From Mustelus asterias (Eukaryota), in assembly GCF_964213995.1 (NCBI RefSeq), contig NC_135825.1, positions 26,350,001 to 26,414,000 on the forward strand: a stretch of DNA of 64,000 nt. The letters are read 5' to 3'. Under the pieces are notes generated by a model, which was given only the letters and a program-made list of their open reading frames with translations, was not told where the DNA came from and searched no databases. The translations under genes were made by a program, and so were the position numbers. The stretch's first letter is position 1; every line of letters begins with the position of its first letter. Shown here one piece after another: positions 61,219 to 64,000 of the stretch.

Positions 61219-61512
61219 TTGGTCTATTGTATTCGCTGCTCCCAATGTGGCCTCCTCTATATCTGGGAAACCAAGCGTAGACTGGGTGATCACTTTACTG
61301 AGCACCTTCGGTCTGTGCGCAATCAGGAAGCTGACCTTCCAGTTGCTTGCGAGTTTAACAGACGATCCTGCTCCCATGCCCACATGTCTGTCCTTGACTT
61401 GCTGCAATGTTCCAGTGAAGCTCAACGCAAACTGGAGAAACAGCATCCCATCTTCCGGCTGGGCACTTTACAACCTTCCGGTCTCAACATCAAATTCAAC
61501 AACTTCAGATGA
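61219..61512 (+). pseudogene. Penelope GIY-YIG endonuclease remnant
   Basis: VYCI...YI(W)ET...R..EH motif; the YIG glycine is mutated and there are upstream stops. Confidence 0.8.
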
Positions 61513-61888
61513 TTTGCTCTACCCCACCTCAGCCCTCTTTGTTTTCACTCTGTTTTATTTAATTTTTTACTGTTCTCTACCTTTTATTTCTTTATTGGCT
61601 TTCTTCGTTTTTCTTCCCACCACTCTTTCCCTCTGCTTCATCCCCCTTCCCTTATCTTTTCTTCCCCTGCTTCCCCTTTTCTTCATTCTACCTCTGTCCC
61701 ATCTCCCCCCCACCTCCCCCGACATCTTCATTTTTCACAGTTACCGTTTCTCTGCCGTTGGGCGATTCGCACCCTTTATTTTCTCTGTGGACAGCTATTA
61801 GCAGTCTTTTCCCCTGGTTGACTCATCTTTCATGCCCTCACCCTGCAGTATATAATGCAGTATATATTTCCCACTTTCTATGCCTTTT

Positions 61889-61927
61889 AGCTTTGACAAA
61901 GGATCATCTGGACTCGAAACATCAGCT
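61889..61927 (+). ncRNA. Minimal hammerhead ribozyme variant with U3-A8 core (second copy 60293-60331, minus)
   Basis: AGCT-TTGACAA-A-GGATC-ATCTG-GACTC-GAAA-CATC-AGCT; the inverted copy reads AGCT-TTGGTAA-A-GGGTC-ATCTG-GACTC-GAAA-CGTC-AGCT. Confidence 0.55.
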
Positions 61928-62182
61928 CTTTTCTCTCCTTACAGATGCTGCCAGACCTGCTGAGATTTTTCAGTGTTTTCCCCTTTGGTTTCAGATTCCA
62001 GCATCTGCAGTCATTTGCTTTTATATACTGTTATTTTATATTGTCTTCTGGTTCACATTCAGTTTCCCAAATAAACCATTAAAAATACTTGCTTTTAGAC
62101 TTCAAATCTAAAATACAGGAATAATTATTTTTAAAAACTGGTTTCTCTGCAGGGCTTTTATGACTTTTTCCCCCTTCAAATA

Positions 62183-62640
62183 TTGCTACTGGGGCTTGAT
62201 GGTTTGAGTTATAAGGAGAGGCTGGATAGACTGGGGCTTTTTTCCTTGGAGCTTAAGAGTCTGAGGGGTGATCTTATAGCGGTCTATAAAATAATGAGGG
62301 GCATAGATAAGGTAAATAGTCAACATCTTTTCCTAAAGGTAGGGGAGTCTAAAACTAGAGGGCATAGGTTTAAGATGAGAGGGGAAAGATACAAAAGGGT
62401 CCAGGGGGGCAATTTTTTCACTCAGATGGTGGCGAGTGTCTGGAACGAGTTGCCAGAGGCAGTATTAGAGGTGACAATTTTGTCTTTTAAAATGTATTTA
62501 GACTGTTACATAGGTGAGATGGGTACAGAGGGATATGGGCCAAATGCGGGCAATTGGAACTAGCTTAGTGGTAACTACTGGGCGGCATGGACATGTTGGA
62601 CCGAAGGTCCTGTTACCATGCTGTAAACCTCTATGACTCT
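62183..62640 (+). mobile_element. CR1-type LINE 3' fragment
   Basis: GLSYKERLDRLGLFSLE...RGDLI...TRGHRFK; tail as at 49440-49485. Confidence 0.9.
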
Positions 62641-62889
62641 AAGTATTTATCTTGAATATTAATGCTATAAATTCTAATTGTGCATGTGCTAAAGTTAACA
62701 ACCTCCATATTTAGATGGGTTTTCTCGTATGTCGTGAATAACTCTGAAATTGCATTATATTCATGACCTCCAGAAGCAAAATTCTTCAGTGCGTCAGGCT
62801 CAAGTGATAAAACTGGTGTGAAGCTCTCCAGTGTCACAGGTCAGTTCTCACTCCAGAGTTTGAGCCTCTTAAACCTATAATCAATGAGT

Positions 62890-63735
62890 GGGCATGGTTT
62901 ACTCCGGCGGAGCAGGAACACTTAGTGTTGGCAAGACCAGCTGCACAGATCCCTTTTTGAAGAGCGCTCTGGTCAGAACAAATAATAAACCTTCTCCCCA
63001 GTACCACAGTTCTCCCCCCACCTCCCATGATCACTGCCAGCATTCCCGCCTCCCCCAACAATGATTAACACCAGCAACCCCCACCCCACAAAGGTCATAG
63101 GTGGCATCACAACCCCCCCTCAACCCTCTCACCTGATCATCACTGGCATTCAACACCATCCCCCCCCCCCCCCCCCCCCAAATCATTGCAGGCAACCCCC
63201 TTACCCCATGCCTGATCATTGCTGGCATCCACCCTCCCCAATCCCACCACAATCATCGCTAGCATCCCTAACCCCCCTCCTCAGTGCTCGCTTTCTCTCT
63301 CCCCCCTCACCATAAATAAATGACCACGCATAGTTACCCCAATAGGACATGCTCCTGGCATTGCTGTCTGGCGCTGGCCGGCAAAGGTTGGCATTCTCAG
63401 GCTGGTAGTGCCAACCTGACAGTGCCAGCCTGTACTAGGGAACAGTGCCAGGGCACTGCCTGGCCATGTACCTGTCCCCCGGGGGCTATATTTACCTTTT
63501 CGCACCCCCCCCGCCGCCCCCCGAAGGGATCTCCTCAACAGGTTTAAATTCTTAAAAACCTGTCAAGAATCTTGCCGATTTGATGTCACGTCAGTGAGGT
63601 ATGGCTTTACCGTGAAAGGGGATAATGTGGCGAGGGGACTACTTAATCATATTCAAATTTATTAAAATGTAATTAAGATCAGGTTCGTGCCCATTATGGG
63701 AGTGAGCCTGATTACATCATTGGTGAGGGCCGTTG
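62890..63735. mobile_element. Degenerate Harbinger-type MITE remnant
   Basis: C-rich GATCA-containing minisatellite and GGCA/TGCC blocks as in the other MITEs; termini unclear. Confidence 0.4.
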
Positions 63736-63995
63736 GAAAAAGATACAAAAGTCTGAGATCACGTACCAACCAACTCAAGAGTAGCTTCTTCTCTGCTGCC
63801 ACCAGACCCTGAGTGGACCTACCTTGCATTAAGTTAATCTTTCTCTACACCGTAGCTATGACTGTAACACTCCATTCTCCACTCTCTCCTTTCCTTCTCT
63901 ATGTACGGTATGCTTTGTCTGTGTAGCGTGCAAGAACCAATATTTTTCACTGTATACTAATACACGTGACAACAATAAATCAAATCAAATCAAAT
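63735..63995 (+). mobile_element. Rex1/Babar-type LINE 3' end
   Basis: RYKSLRSRTNQLKSSFFSAATRPL followed by a 3' UTR ending AATAAATCAAATCAAATCAAAT. Confidence 0.72.
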
Positions 63996-64000
63996 GCCAG

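Larger units (their letters stand above)
60238..62025 (+). mobile_element. Penelope-like retroelement, 5'-truncated, with inverted pseudo-LTR
   Basis: GIY-YIG remnant VYCIRCSQCGLLYIWETKRRLGDHFTEHLRSV...LQPSGLNIKF (61219-61512) preceded by CNRRRCNTC. ~60238-60703 is the reverse complement of ~61515-61985. Confidence 0.88.

Overview
Repeat-dense vertebrate genomic DNA, most likely from a cartilaginous fish (shark). This is inferred from HE1-type V-SINEs, CR1/HER1-type LINE fragments, a SacSINE1/DeuSINE-like element, Penelope-like elements, Rex-Babar tails and GC-rich PIF/Harbinger-type MITEs. I recognise no host protein-coding exon, so the window looks intergenic or intronic. The centrepiece is a full-length, apparently very young Ty3/Gypsy LTR retrotransposon (10096-14625) with 245-bp LTRs that read as identical, a CACAT TSD, and a single gag-pol frame broken by one TGA. 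It has no tRNA-type primer-binding site. Instead a 15-nt segment 1 nt downstream of the 5' LTR is perfectly complementary to the LTR segment carrying the AATAAA signal, suggesting self-priming and/or masking of the 5' poly(A) signal. Its RT motif is YLDN rather than YxDD, and it has a YY1/ETS/CRE motif cluster between gag and protease. Other notable points: minimal hammerhead ribozymes in Penelope termini (one with a U3-A8 core), a Harbinger-type MITE carrying about 600 bp of AT-rich cargo with a 31-bp hairpin, and a decayed autonomous Harbinger that copied its flank and part of its transposase internally. Boundaries of old repeats are approximate, and family names come from pattern recognition rather than database searches.
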